A stretch of DNA of 64,000 nucleotides from positions 62,001 through 126,000 of the forward strand of contig JAYWIR010000081.1 in the NCBI GenBank assembly GCA_036172245.1, written 5' to 3'. Source of the stretch: Raillietiella orientalis. Its lineage: Eukaryota. Positions 33,372 through 46,027 of this stretch are shown piece after piece; position 1 is the stretch's first letter, and each line of letters starts with the position of its first letter. A program made the position numbers and the translations under genes. The notes under the pieces were generated by a model. That model was not told the origin of the DNA, did no database searches, and saw only the letters and a program-made list of their open reading frames with translations.

Positions 33372-36345
33372 CCCGGTACGCCGGGACGTTTATTTTTTCA
33401 AATAAACTCATATAAACTGTGACTGGACCAGTAGTCCATCCACGCCCTGGAAACATTCAGCCTGCCGGGCTACCGGTGCACGGACCGGCGCGGTCGACCT
33501 CGGCAGCAGAGGGGAGGGGGAATCAAAGAAAAAGAAAAAAAAAATAAACAAAACCGGGTAGGGAGCGGGAAGGGATCACTGTCTGCTGGGAGGATCCGTC
33601 ATGCTCTGGAGGATGCCGGCAAGCTGTCACTAAATGGTGGGTTCCAGATGGGGCCATCGCGTAGCCATCCTCAGGAAACAAGCGGCGTACACGGTGGCGT
33701 CTCTGACGCTGGACTTTCCCGTCGCTTTGTTGCAGGCCACGCCGATGCCGCGTAGGCAGCACAGGGCTGCAAGCGAGGCCACCGATGGCAGAGCATCACG
33801 GACGAAGAGGGGGCGCAAAGCGTCTCTCGGTTTGCCTCCGGGGATCCCCAGGGCTGCGGCAAAGCGTTCCCACTAGGGACGGAGGGCAACACATTCCACT
33901 AGCAGGTGGGGGAGGTATTCCCTCTCCCCGCACCTGACACAATTGGGGTTTACACCCCCCCGTGTCCAGTGGTGTAGGCGGGTGTTGCAGGGGAGGCCCC
34001 AATGCAACACCAGGAGTGCCGACTGTTGCTACTTCATGGGGAAAGTTCGCGAGTCCATGAGCACCGGGGGCCACTCCAGATGTTCCTCCGGAACATCCAG
34101 TAGCTCGCCCGAGAGCATGCGTCCGTGTAGGGTGGTCCTCGGGGTCTCAGCGTTGTTGACGTGACCCGTTCTCCAATCCCCGTTTTTTTTTGCCCTGCTG
34201 GCGATCTTGACAGTAACCTCTCATTGTGCCGCGACGTCGCTGCCCAGATGTTCCCGTATGGTAGGCAGTACCGCAGCAAGGGAGGTTCTTTGAGCCCACG
34301 CTCTCCTTCGGGGATCCTCGAAGATTGCTCGGAGCGTGCGGTGGGCGTGAGGCCCTACCAGACATATTCGTTCGTGTTGCGGGCTCTCCTCCTGAGTCAT
34401 AGCCCACGTGGGGACGCTTTCCTGCAACCAGGCAGGACCGTTCGCGGGGCGTACGAGGATCCGCTCCGAGTTGGTCTTCACGAGCTTGGCGGCCCTTCGA
34501 AGCTGAAGTCCGCAGTGGCAATTGGGGCTTCGGAGTGCAAAGTAGGACGAAAGTCCCGCATTGCCGGTGGCCCGCTCGACGAGGAGACGTGCAGGGAGGC
34601 ACCAGGCGGTGCACCAATTTTTTGCCATAAAGGCAACACTCCGGAACTGGAGCTGAAGCTCCAGCCGCTCCAGCGTCAGGAGGCCAAGACCGCCGTCCCG
34701 ACGCGGAGCGCACAAGTCCGCGAGACGGTCTCGGGGCCTCCCTCTGCCCCAAAGGACTATCCTCAGGAGTTCCTTCGTCCTTTTCCTGACTCCGCTGAGG
34801 GGGGGAAACGAAAAGCAATGGGCGAAGGAGGGGTGCCGCAAAGGCGTTCCACGCCGCGGCCCGTTCCTGCAGGTAGAACCTGCCGTCCTGGAACGGTCCG
34901 ATCGCCACCTGAGCCTTCTGAAGGCTGCCGGACCACGCTTCCGCAGGGGAGTAGTCCCCCAACGGCACACCAAGGTAGTTGAAGTACATCACTGTGGGGT
35001 TCCCCAAACGGAACCAGTCCTGTTGCCCTGCCTACGCCGCTCCGACTGCCATTACGGACGACTTCGCCCTGTTCACCGTCAGTCCTGTTCCCCGACTCAG
35101 CAGGTCGAAGAACTCCTCCACCGCCGCAGACGGGGTGGACATAGGGAGCAGTAGCAGAACATCGTCCGCGTATGCCAAAACCGCAGGCGTACCGGGACAA
35201 TCGCGCGGCAGGTGCGCCAGAGTCTCCATGTACGCTCTCAGCACCAATTCGAAAGAGGCGCTAAAGAGCAGGGGGCTCAGCCTGTCTCCCTGCCGTATGC
35301 CGCGTCGCACCGGTACTCCGTGAAAGGTTTGCACGCTGAAAAGAACATTGATGAGCGCGTCGCGCCAGCTGGAGCGCAGGTAGGCCAACAAAGAGGCCGG
35401 GTAGCCCAAGCGTTCCAGAAGCTCCAGCAGGAGATTCTGGTCGACGCTATCGAATGCTTTACGCAATTCGACAGCGACCGCAAGGGCTCCCTTCCCTGAC
35501 CGACCGTTCCGTCTCCCGCCAACGGACTCACCGGAATTCCGGCTGCTCAATAAGCCCCTTCCTTGTTGGAGCTTTAACCATGTGGAAGCGTGGAACAGGT
35601 TCGCCTCCATGCTCCGCCCGGGAACAGCATAAGTCTGTTCCGGGCTGACGAAGATGTTGGCAACCCGTCCCAGACGCTCTGCCCAAACCTTTGCTAGCAA
35701 CTTGGCGTCCGCATTCACTATTGTGATGGGACGCTATTTGTGCATTCTTCTTAGGTCTCCCTTCGGGAGGAGCCGCATCTTTGCTGGATGAAATGAGGTG
35801 GGAACGTCACATGTTTCGCAAATCAGCAAGGTGAGCTGATGTACCAGAGGGGTAAGCTCTGCCGCGAAAGTTTGGTACAACTCCGCGGGTAGGCCGTCCT
35901 CCCCTGGAGACTTCCGCCTCTTGAGCTTTCCGATGGCCGAGAGGATCTCGTCCATCGTGAAAGGCTCGTCGAGGCTTCTTTTCTCCTCCTCCCCGATCGC
36001 TGTAGCACCTTCCGGAAGCAGGAGTCGTGAGACGTCTCGCTCCGGAGGCGCCGTGGCGTACAAGAGGAGTAAAATTTCTTCACAATGCCGCGCTTTTGAG
36101 CAGGTGCCGAGTGCTCCCGGCCCTGGTCGTCCAGCAAGCTAGACGACCCGGATTTCCAGGCTTGCCTCTCGGCTCCCGCTCGATACTTTGCTCACCCGCA
36201 CATGTCGGGAGTTCTCGCGTAACGTCGGGCCTGAAGATAGCACCTTTCGTTGCGCGGCCCCTCCCCAAATCCCTCTTTTCGAGAGCCGACGTGCTTTTCC
36301 GGCGCTCCGCGAACGAGCAGCGAAAAGCGGCTTTTAGGTTCAGTG
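33372..36345 (-). mobile_element. Family X ORF2 after the endonuclease + 3' end (second unit)
   Basis: KSPGEDGL, KAFDSV, RGIRQGDRLSP, YADD, YLGV. Confidence 0.88.
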
Positions 36346-36356
36346 TGTGCTTTTTC

Positions 36357-38570
36357 ACATCGTTAGTGTCTGATGGCATCGCTGTCAGAGGACACCACGA
36401 TGCAGGTAGGCGTGAGGGAGGCTAGCCCCCCCCACGACCTACAGAATCAGGGGCATCCGCCCCGTAATCGCCCTCGTCGCCTAAGACGAGGAGCTGGAGC
36501 GCCATGGTCGCCGCGCCGAGCGCGGAAACCTTGGCTGAGCAAGCGGCCTACAGGGCCTCCGGATATAAACCATCCCTGGTTTATAAGGTAGGAAACCTGT
36601 TCGACGGTCGCACCGCGCGTGCCTTTAGCAAGGCACTACAGGAATTCCCCGTGCGTGAGGAGGATCTTGACGACTTCGCCGTACTCAGCGGGTGGCGACG
36701 CGTGGAGGTCGTCTGCAAAGACGTAGCCATAGTGCAGCGCCTCATCAACACCCCGCTGAATGTGGCTGGCCGAAAGATCCTACCCGTTAGCATGGATCGC
36801 CCCGTAGTGGTCCATCTAACGGGGATCGCGAACCGCATGACGCGCTCTGCGGTGAACGCGGAATTGAGAAAAATTGAGATGTGCACGCGCTGTGGGCAAA
36901 GCCAACCATTTTTGACGGCTATAACAGCCTCTTTGGTGGACAGGCAGCAGCGCGTGTCACTATGAACGAGGTTGCTGGGTTACCCCACAAATTGGAGGTC
37001 GGGAAGGAGCCCGTCGACCTCTGGTACGTGGGGAAACCCCGCTATTGTTGCTACTGCGATGCAGTAGGGCATGTGCGCAGGCGGTGCCCGAATATCGAGT
37101 GCCACTTGTACGGGGAAAAGGGACACGTCCGTCGTGTGTGCCCTAAACGCCCACCCCGGTGCCACCTGCTGCCAAAAAGGAACAGGCGCAAAAGGTGAAT
37201 AAGGTTGAAATACCTCATCGCGAAAATGGCCGGCCCCAGCAGCCTTCTCCTCCTCCAACCCAGGTAGCGGCGGAAAAAACCGCCAAAGACGCGGGCGAGG
37301 AAGAAGGATGGACGCTGGTAAAGGCCAGAAAAGAACCCAAAAACGGTTCACAAGAGAAGGCGGAGCAAAAGTCGGTCGCGAAGGCGAAAAAACCTGGTCC
37401 GCGATCTAAAACTCTCCGCGAGTGCTCGGTAGCACTGGAGCGCATCAGCGTTCCCGAGGCTGCTACCCGAGGCGACGAGCCTCCCCTCGCCGCTTCCGCC
37501 GCGCCCGACGTTTGCGACGGCGAACCCTCTGTTTGCACAGAAGGTGAGACGCGCCACGCGCTCGTTGCCGGCGAGGACGCCGCCTTCGCGAAGGCGGCGG
37601 AGGAGCTCGCGGCCACGCTGGCTGAGCGTGAGAACCCCTCACGCAAGGCCGTGCGAAGGCCGGCTCCGCCGAAGAAGGCCCCCGCAGGTGAGTGCGACCT
37701 GGGGACCGGAAGTGCATCCTCCTCCTCGGAGGCACCCCCGGAAGACGGGACGCAAGTCCCAAAAGCCGAGGAAGCGCCTCCCCTCCACGAGCGAGGAGGA
37801 GATGCAGGAAGTCGCCGGCAGCGTGGGAATCGCGGAGGGGGAGCTCCCACGCGCGGAAGCCGTCGAGCAGGACAGCCCCATGGACGAAGGTGAGCAGGGG
37901 GGCGAAGTCCTAATTGCCGGCGCGGACCCTGTACAGCCCACCCGTACGAAGGAGGGCCAAAAGGTATGCGCGACACCACCGGAGGGTGACCCGCCCGACG
38001 CCCCGTCACCGATGGAGCAGGGGGACCAGGTGCTCGAGGCACCTGTTCCTCCTGCCCCAACTAGCGTCCCGCCCCAACAGGTGGCGCACGCCGCAGAAAG
38101 GATTTCCCAGGAATAACACCTGGGCTCGCCTGTCGCCGTCGAATCCGCGTGGCCAGTTGGAACGTCAACGGGCTGCGCGACGACGGAAGCAGACGAGATA
38201 CGGCCGACACCCTGCGTGAGTTCGACCTGGCCCTGCTGCAGGAGATTTACGTGATCACCTCGGCAGACGTCCAGGAGATCGAGACGATCGCGGGGGGTCG
38301 ACTGTATTGGTGATGCGGCGCCCGCAACACCTGTGGGGTCGCGTTTTTCGTGAAGCCGGCCATCCATGCTGCCGTGAAGGGCGTGCGCTTCGATGACGAC
38401 GGTCGGGTCGGTCGCCTGATTCTCAGCTGGTCCAACTCGATCGAATTGATCGTCACGAACGTGTACGCCCCAAGCGGGAAAAGGGGATACAGCGACCGTA
38501 CCAGCTTGCTGGAAACCCTGAAGCGCGACTGGCTGGCCGATACGAACGTGCGGAAGGCACACCTGATAGC
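36357..38570 (+). mobile_element. Family X 5' half (second unit), truncated inside the endonuclease
   Basis: Colinear with 30809-33015. Confidence 0.88.
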
Positions 38571-40870
38571 CCGTACACGTTTACCCGGAAAAGGTGAACG
38601 TGAGAGGTCCAGGCCAGTCGTACGCCGATTATACATCCCGGCAAGCGACAGAAGATTTCCAGAATGGTAGGGGCCAGTTGGTTCTTGACCAAGACCTCCA
38701 CACCCTGCGTGTTTCGTTCTTCCTCGCTGACGAGCATCTGCATATTGAAACGTCGTTCCATTTGCTGGATGATTTGGACACGCAACGTGTGGGTCTCCTG
38801 CAGGCACACGATGTCTTGTTTTGCGATGATCCGCACAAACCTCTTTCTCTTTCTCTTGTCGACTAACCCGTGTACGTTCCAGGAGGCCATGTTGATCCTC
38901 CTGGCGGTCGACAGGTATTAGGCCATACAGGGGAAGACAGACTTTTTGGCCTTCCTGAGCGTCTTCTGTCTGGGAGAGCGTGCTTTTCCAGACGATGAAG
39001 AAGGATCGGGTTTTTTGCTAGCAGCGTCACTCTCCGTCTCGGTGAGCTCGGTAAATTCGGCATCCTCCGTAGAGTGTTCTGCTCGCGCGATAAGTTTCCT
39101 AGGTAGAGCCTCTATTGCCACCTTTGCGCAGAAGTTTGCTTTAACGTCGAGAAGCTGTTCCTTCAGTTTGTCGCGCTCGGTAACTTCCACCACCTTATTC
39201 ACCGCCTCCTGTGCGTTGCAGATCTTTTGCAAGATTTGCTTCTGCTGTGGCCCGCTTTGCACCTCCATCAGTTGTTACGCCAGCTTTGCCAGCTCTTGGG
39301 TAGACTGCAGGGCCTCTTGATACACCCGAGTGGCTTCTTTTTCCACCTTTGCTTCTTCCTGTGCTGTCTCCATTTTCTAGTTTTCCGCTGCTCTTTCTGG
39401 GGTAAAAGAGGCTTTCTGCTCCTTGATGAGCATCTTCCTCTTTCCCTTTTTACCGACTTCGATAAAGCCGATCGCCGATACCGGCACGGCTTCCTTAGTT
39501 TTCATCGGCCTTCCTGCCAACTTTTGAGGCCCTTCCGCCTCTTTTATATTCCTGTCTCTCACGGGAGAGTGTCCTCTGATCGTTCTGCAAATGGCGAATT
39601 GAGGGCAGCTTCATTTACTGTGCCCATGCGTCTTGCAGAAGGAACAAACCTCCGGCTGCGGACAGTTTCAAACATGTTGTCCTATCTTGCCGCAGCGGCA
39701 GGAACGAGATGTTGGGCAAGCGCCTGCCCTGTGGCCAAACTGCTTGCATCCGATGCAAAATATTTTCGGTTGCCGATAACGCACTTTCACACAATGTGAT
39801 TGCTCATCGATGACTGCTATCCCAGGGATCACCGCGCCTTCCTTTAATTTTATGTTGGCGATCATGTCGCCAGAAAAGATTTTTCCTGAGAAGTTCTCAA
39901 ACTCGAGGTAGAGAACTTTCCCAAACTTCTCCAAGTATTTCCACACCGTGAGTTGAAGTGTGTAGATGGATATGCTATTTGAGAACACGGTAGTGTATGG
40001 CATCTTGCCAACGCCACAAAACATCTTTTCTTGAATATTGATCCCATTCTGGATAAATCCTTCCCCAACGTATTCACAGTCCGTGAAGACCGTGAACCCG
40101 TTGTTGCTGGGAATGATTGCGTGGTTACGGTCAAAATCTATATCTGTCTTGTCTAGAGACAGATATATCTCCCGGATATTGTTGAACTTTATCGTTCCAG
40201 TCTTAAAAATAATAGGCTTCACCTCTGGCCCTAACTGGACGATAGGCCGATCTACCTTTTTGACTTTCCCTCTGAGAGGTTTGCCGAATTTCCTTGGCGG
40301 ATGGACACTGACATTCCCCACCGCCACCGACGCCTACAGAAACGGCTGCACCGCCTCAGCCGAGCAAGATGGCGTCGCATCTTACGCTCCCTGCACAGTG
40401 TGGACGCGCGCTGGTCCCGCCTGGGACGCCGCCGCGAGCGCAACTTCGACGTTGCCGCCGCCGCTGCCGCAGGCGCGACCCCCGGCATCGCCGCCGCAGG
40501 CGTGTCCGTTGCCGCAGCAAGCGCGACCCTTGGCATTGCCGTCACGGGCGCAGCAAAGCCTTACGTGGGCACGATCCTCGGCTTCGCCGATGCCACCTAG
40601 CCGTTGCCGTACGTTACCTCCATCTGCATGGGGACGTCGGCTTCTCCTCTTCTGCTAATGCCAGCATCCTGACAGCTGAAACTATTGCTGAGGAAGTTTG
40701 AAGGTTTTCCGCTGTGATCTCCTTGGCGCTTCATTTGTAGTTGTATGAGCAGATCCTTCGCAGCACACTCTTGTCCACACTCACTGTGGACTGTCTCACA
40801 CTCACTTTTCTCTGGATACTTTCCCTCTCCGGACACACACGATCACAATTAACTAATTAACTTTCGTCGT
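38571..40870 (-). mobile_element. L1-like family Y copy: ORF1 + endonuclease N-terminus
   Basis: CIGCKQFGHRAGAC; SWNVHGL...CLQETH; homologous to 49090-51370. Confidence 0.88.
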
Positions 40871-43800
40871 GCGCGCAATACAATGAACCTGGAAGCCAGT
40901 TTATTTACTCGTCAAGAAAGAAGCAATCTCCCAACTTACAAAAAGGCGACTACGCTGCCTCCTTTTAAAGGCGTGGCGAAAGCGACGCCTTTAGATACGG
41001 TACCGAAAACTTCAGAGGTTTCCGAGACAAAAGACGCGGAAGCGTCCGGAAATCGTCACGGCAAGTGAGAGATTGTCGAGAGGAGAAAAGAAAAATCTCA
41101 CAAGAAGGCTTCGCAACCTCCATCTGTTAGCTGTTTGAGGGCAAACAACAGCCGCGTGAAGAAGAAAACCCGTGCGGGGGGTACTTCTCTCCTGGAAAAA
41201 GTGCGTGCAAGTCCGCCTCTATAACCACCGAGCAAACGATTGCGCTGCGATCGGACGGATGCAAGCGCACGCTCATCGTGCGAGCATCAGATTCCGTAAA
41301 GAAGTCCTATAACGCCGCCCAACCACGTGTTACTGGCACGGGATCGAGAATTCGCAGTACTGACGCCCTGAGGCGTAATGCGCTCTCCGCGGAACGGCGA
41401 GTGCTCTCCCCGGGACCCGCAGGTTCAGCATCCGGGGAGAAGCATTCGATTACCCGCAGCACGATGGAGGCCGGTGGCAACCGCGCCTTCCATCCCTTCG
41501 TACTGCGTGCTGCCCGCTCGCCGGGTGAGGCGAGCACCACGGCCTCGCCTTCCCTGCCGTGATGAGGGCGATCGCGTCTTCTTGTCGTGTTGCCGTGGCG
41601 TGCTGCAAACTCAACGGTCTCCGACACGACAAGAAGAGGCGACTTGTGGCTAACGCTCTGCGCGACTTATACTTGACGCTCCTGCAGGAGATTCACAGCA
41701 TCTCCGAAGAGCAGGCTGCCGAAATCGAACTGCGCTCGGTACAATGTTACATTATAGGTGCGGCGTCGCACCTACGTGTAGCATCGCTTTCCTCGTACGA
41801 GGAACTTTGGCGGAAGCGGTGCGCGGCGTTCGCTTCGACACGGAAGGCCGAGTAGGACAGCATGTACTTAAGTGGTCCGACTCGATCGACCTTGTCGTAA
41901 CCACCGTGTACGCGCCTTGCGGTGCTGGACGATATGCCGAAAGGATTGAGTTCTTCGGTACCGTTCAGAGCCAGTGGTTCTCTCGTGATCAACCTACTAT
42001 GGCGGACTTCATTGCGGGGGACTTTAACGTGCACCTGCTGACCCAGAATAGTGCACACAAGAGGGAAAAGTTGCTAGTGGAATAGATGTACTCTTCCGTG
42101 CACGCGTGCAACTTGTTCGCTAACGACCCTGTTATGGCGACATCACCGGACCATGTATTTTTCGATGAACACTTGCTCTATCGAGTGAGTCGAAGAGGTC
42201 GCGTGCCGTCCGTGGTTTCAGACCACAACAGGCTCGAGTTCAAGATGCTCCCGCCAGACAAGGAGCGTCCAAACTGTGTTTGAAGAATGCCGGCAGACTG
42301 GCTTAGTCACCCGGAGGAGGAGGAGCATCCTCGCCAGTGCATCCGCGGCGTCGCCATAAGTAAGCTGGCGGACTGGGACAATCTGAAAAGAGCGGTCCGA
42401 GAGTTTTGCTGCCGGTTTCCCTTGCAACAGCTTCCGCGCGGCTTCGAAGAGAATGTAGCCAACAGCAGAGATTCTCTGCAGGCCCGCTCCTACTCCAGGC
42501 GCGCAAAAGTTAGTCTATTATCCGAGTACAAGGCCAAGGCTTAGCGCCAGGTTTGGCAGTTTGGAGCGACAGTTGTGCTTGACGACCAGGACCGGGAATG
42601 CTCGGCTCCAGCCGACGTGCGACGGATAGACAGGTGCTAATTATCTTCTCTGTATGAAGAGGCACCAACGGAACGCAGCCTCTTCCGGCTGCTTCTGCCG
42701 ATTGATGCACTTGTTGTAGACGAGAAGGACCGCGCGCGTCTCCATTTGCAATTCACGGCAGAGGAAATTCCTTCGGCCATCTCGTGACTCAAGAGACGAA
42801 AAGCGCCAGGCGAGGATGGACTCCACGAGGAATTCTTCCAGAGCTTTGCGGCGGAGCTTATTCCTCTGGTGTTCATAATGTCGTCGTTGATGCGAGACGC
42901 ATGCGATATCGCCGTGTGGTTTCGCAAAGCGAAGATGCGTCTCCTGCCGGAAGACGGAGATTTGCGACAACTGAACAATTGGCGTACGATCACATTAGTA
43001 AATTCGGACGTAATGTTGTTCTCAAAACTATGGGTGGCACGGATGGGGAAGATCGCGGAGTTTTTAGTAAGTCTGGAGCAGAGCTACGCTGTTCCTGGGC
43101 GGTGCATGGACGCGAACCTCTTGTTCATCCGCAAATGGCTGCAATTGCAGCATCGCGTGGCGATGGATCGTCGTGGGAAAGCAACGCCTTCGATCTCTCA
43201 CCGACAAAGGCGCGGGTCGCAGAGGAAAACCATGGGAGCCTTGGCGGTTACAGTCGATTTTCACAAAGCTTTCGATTGCGTGAACCAAAAGCTTCTACTT
43301 GAGCTCTAGAAACTACTTGGGCTCCCGACATCCTTGTTGGCGTACTTGCGCTCCTGCTGGCGCCACGCGAATATATCCATTGTTCTTAGTGGCTGTCGCG
43401 TGTACGGCGTTCCGGTTAGGCAAGGAATAAGGCAGAATGATAGGTTGAGCCCGCATTACCTTAAGAACTATTTTGCAATGGTGCTGGAGGCTTACAGTCT
43501 TACGCTAACCAACCTGCCGAGCTCCTGTCCAGGTACGCCGTCCGTTGCAGCGTATGCAAACGACCTCCTACTTCTGTTGCCCATGTCCACCCCGGCAGCG
43601 TCGCTTGAAGATTTCTTTGAGTTTATCCGTCGCGGTGCAAGCGTGAGCGTCAACAGGAGGAAGTGCATGGTTGTTTTGGTTGGAGCGACGTGGGAGGGGC
43701 AGTCCGACTGGATTTGCCTGGGGATCCCCTCCGGCAGGTACCTAAGGTACCTTGGCGTGCCGTTTGGGGACTTCTGAATCTCAGAATCGTGGTCGGACTG

Positions 43801-45440
43801 CCTTCGGAAGGCAGTGCGTGCACTTGACCAGTTCTCAGGGGGCGAGTTCGTCTTCACAAAACGGGCCAGCATCTGGAACACCTTCGTTGCTTCCCTATTC
43901 CGCCCCTCATTTTTTGTTTGTCGACCCCTTCAGGAAGTCAAAGTCTGGGCACAGCACCTTCTACGCAGAACGCTGTGAGGCGCTGCAAGATCCCGCTTAA
44001 GACTTAAAGACTTAGTGGTGCCGCTTTTCGATGCAGGCTTGGGCATCCTAGACTTAAAAAGCATCGAGCTGCAGGTGCAGTTTCGCATGCTGCGGCTCTG
44101 TGCCAAGCTGTGGTGTACGCCGTGGTGCTTACCCGCACGACTTATACTAAGGCGCTGCACGAAAAGCGAGGGACTGCTTTCGTTGTTGCCCCACTTTCGG
44201 CACACCAGAATAGGGTTTGGCTTTTCGCTGAGGCAGTTGTCCTCACTGCTGGAAGCCCAATGTTGGATCTCCTGCCGCCCCATGAACATTAATGCATGGC
44301 GGCAGGAATCTTTTTATCGTGCGCAGCTTCCGAAGGAACGCGCCTGTTAGATCTTTGGCGCTTGCGACTTCTCCTCAGTCATCCAATGGACGAAGTCATG
44401 CAGGACAAGCACATGTCGGATCGTCTGCCCGCCACACTACCCGCAGCAGCGCTGTCTGCCCTTAGAGCAAGCAAAGAAATTTGCCTACCGGCGAAATGGG
44501 AGTTCTCCTGCTCAATTGCAGGAGTCAGGAAGCTCCTCGGCTGTTGCACGACGAAGGAGATGGTAGAAACTGCCACTCCTCGTAAACGGGCAAATTGCCT
44601 GCTTCGATGGAATGAGCATTTAAGTGTACCCTCCGGAAAGATAGGGGTCATCTTCGTTTGTTTGGACAGCTCCGTGTTCCCTTAAAGTGGAAACAAGATG
44701 TGGTGCTCTTTTTACACTAAGGTTTCCACTGTAATCGGCTGCGAAGCATCGTTTGCGGGGGAGCTGCTCTTGCAAACTGTTTGAGGTGCGGTGAGGTCGA
44801 GTCTTTTTCCGCACCTCTTGCTGTACTGCGGTGACCTCCGTAAACTGAGGCGAAGGCTGGTTTCAGCCATCCTGCCGCAGGGAGGCACTGTCAATGATGT
44901 ACTGCGGCGGTTCTTCAGGAGGAATGAATTTTCGATATGCGGGATTGTCGCTACCATGTGTTGCATTCGCGCCATCGTGAGGGCTCGATCTGCCCTGCAG
45001 TTGTCAGCGCAGCGAAGGGACGCATACCGGTTTGCAGCAGATTCCATTGAAAACGCTCCTAGGTGGTCTCATCTTCGTGTCGATGTCAGAGAGGACATCG
45101 CCGGCATCCACCGCCGCTTTACAGACTTCTATGAACGGCTCAATCTGGTGACCACTACGTCCTGAAGCCCACCTATACCCCTTTTTTGCTCGCTCTGCTA
45201 GAATACCAATGCCATTACTATTATCCCGGAGCGAACCAGAGCGATCACAAAGACTCTTGTTTCGGCGTTTGCCATTGATTTCTTTTTCTTTTGTTTTTGT
45301 TTGCTTGTTTTTCCAGTTCCCACAAACCGATCTGTGTTATTCTGACCTGTGTGCCAGCAATGTACTCTTGATACTTGTGCCGTCGTCGGTTGGGGCATGG
45401 TCCCCAACAGGTTTATTTTATATAATTGTTTCTGTTGAAC
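40871..45440 (+). mobile_element. 5'-truncated family X-like copy (ORF1 tail, APE, RT, C-terminus, 3' UTR), decayed
   Basis: LLQEIH, VYAP, AGDFN, SDH, DFHKAFD, GIRQ, YAND, RYLGV. Confidence 0.85.
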
Positions 45441-46020
45441 TTATATGAAATGAACGCCCCGTCGTAACCGGGAGAGAAATCTCTTGCGCTTGTTCTGCGG
45501 AGATCATGTGGATCTCCTGCAGCAGCGCAAGATCGAAGGATTCCAGAAGGGCGGCCATGTCTCGTCTCTTGCCGGCGTCTGTCTTGCCGTTCACGTTCCA
45601 AACGGCGATGCGCAGACGACGGCGGGAGGAGATTCGCGGCATTTCTGCTGGGAAGATTAAGGTGTGGGGAGCCCGACTCTTGCGAGTCGGGCGGGATGTC
45701 CATGTGGGTTTTTTGCCTTCTCAGGCATTTGGAGCACCTGTTCGGTCTCTACCCCCTCCATCCCGTCCGTGTCTGCGCGTGAGAGTCTTCCGTGCGAAGG
45801 GGCCCGGGAGTTTCAACGCTCATGTCAGCTTCTCTTCCGGCAAGCATCTCTTCCCCTTCGTAAAGGGGAAGGATATTATTCGGCTTTGTGGACTTACGTC
45901 CAGCCTTCTTTCGGGGTGTCGTAGAAACGGTGGCTGCGTTCCCGGCCTCCACCTCGGAGTCGGAATTGAGGGACTCCTGAGGGGAGGCCGAATGCCTTAC
46001 GGCCTTCTTTCTTGCCTTGG
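45441..46020 (-). mobile_element. Family X fragment (ORF1 end + endonuclease start)
   Basis: IAVWNVNG...LLQEIH. Confidence 0.75.
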
Positions 46021-46027
46021 AGGTTTA

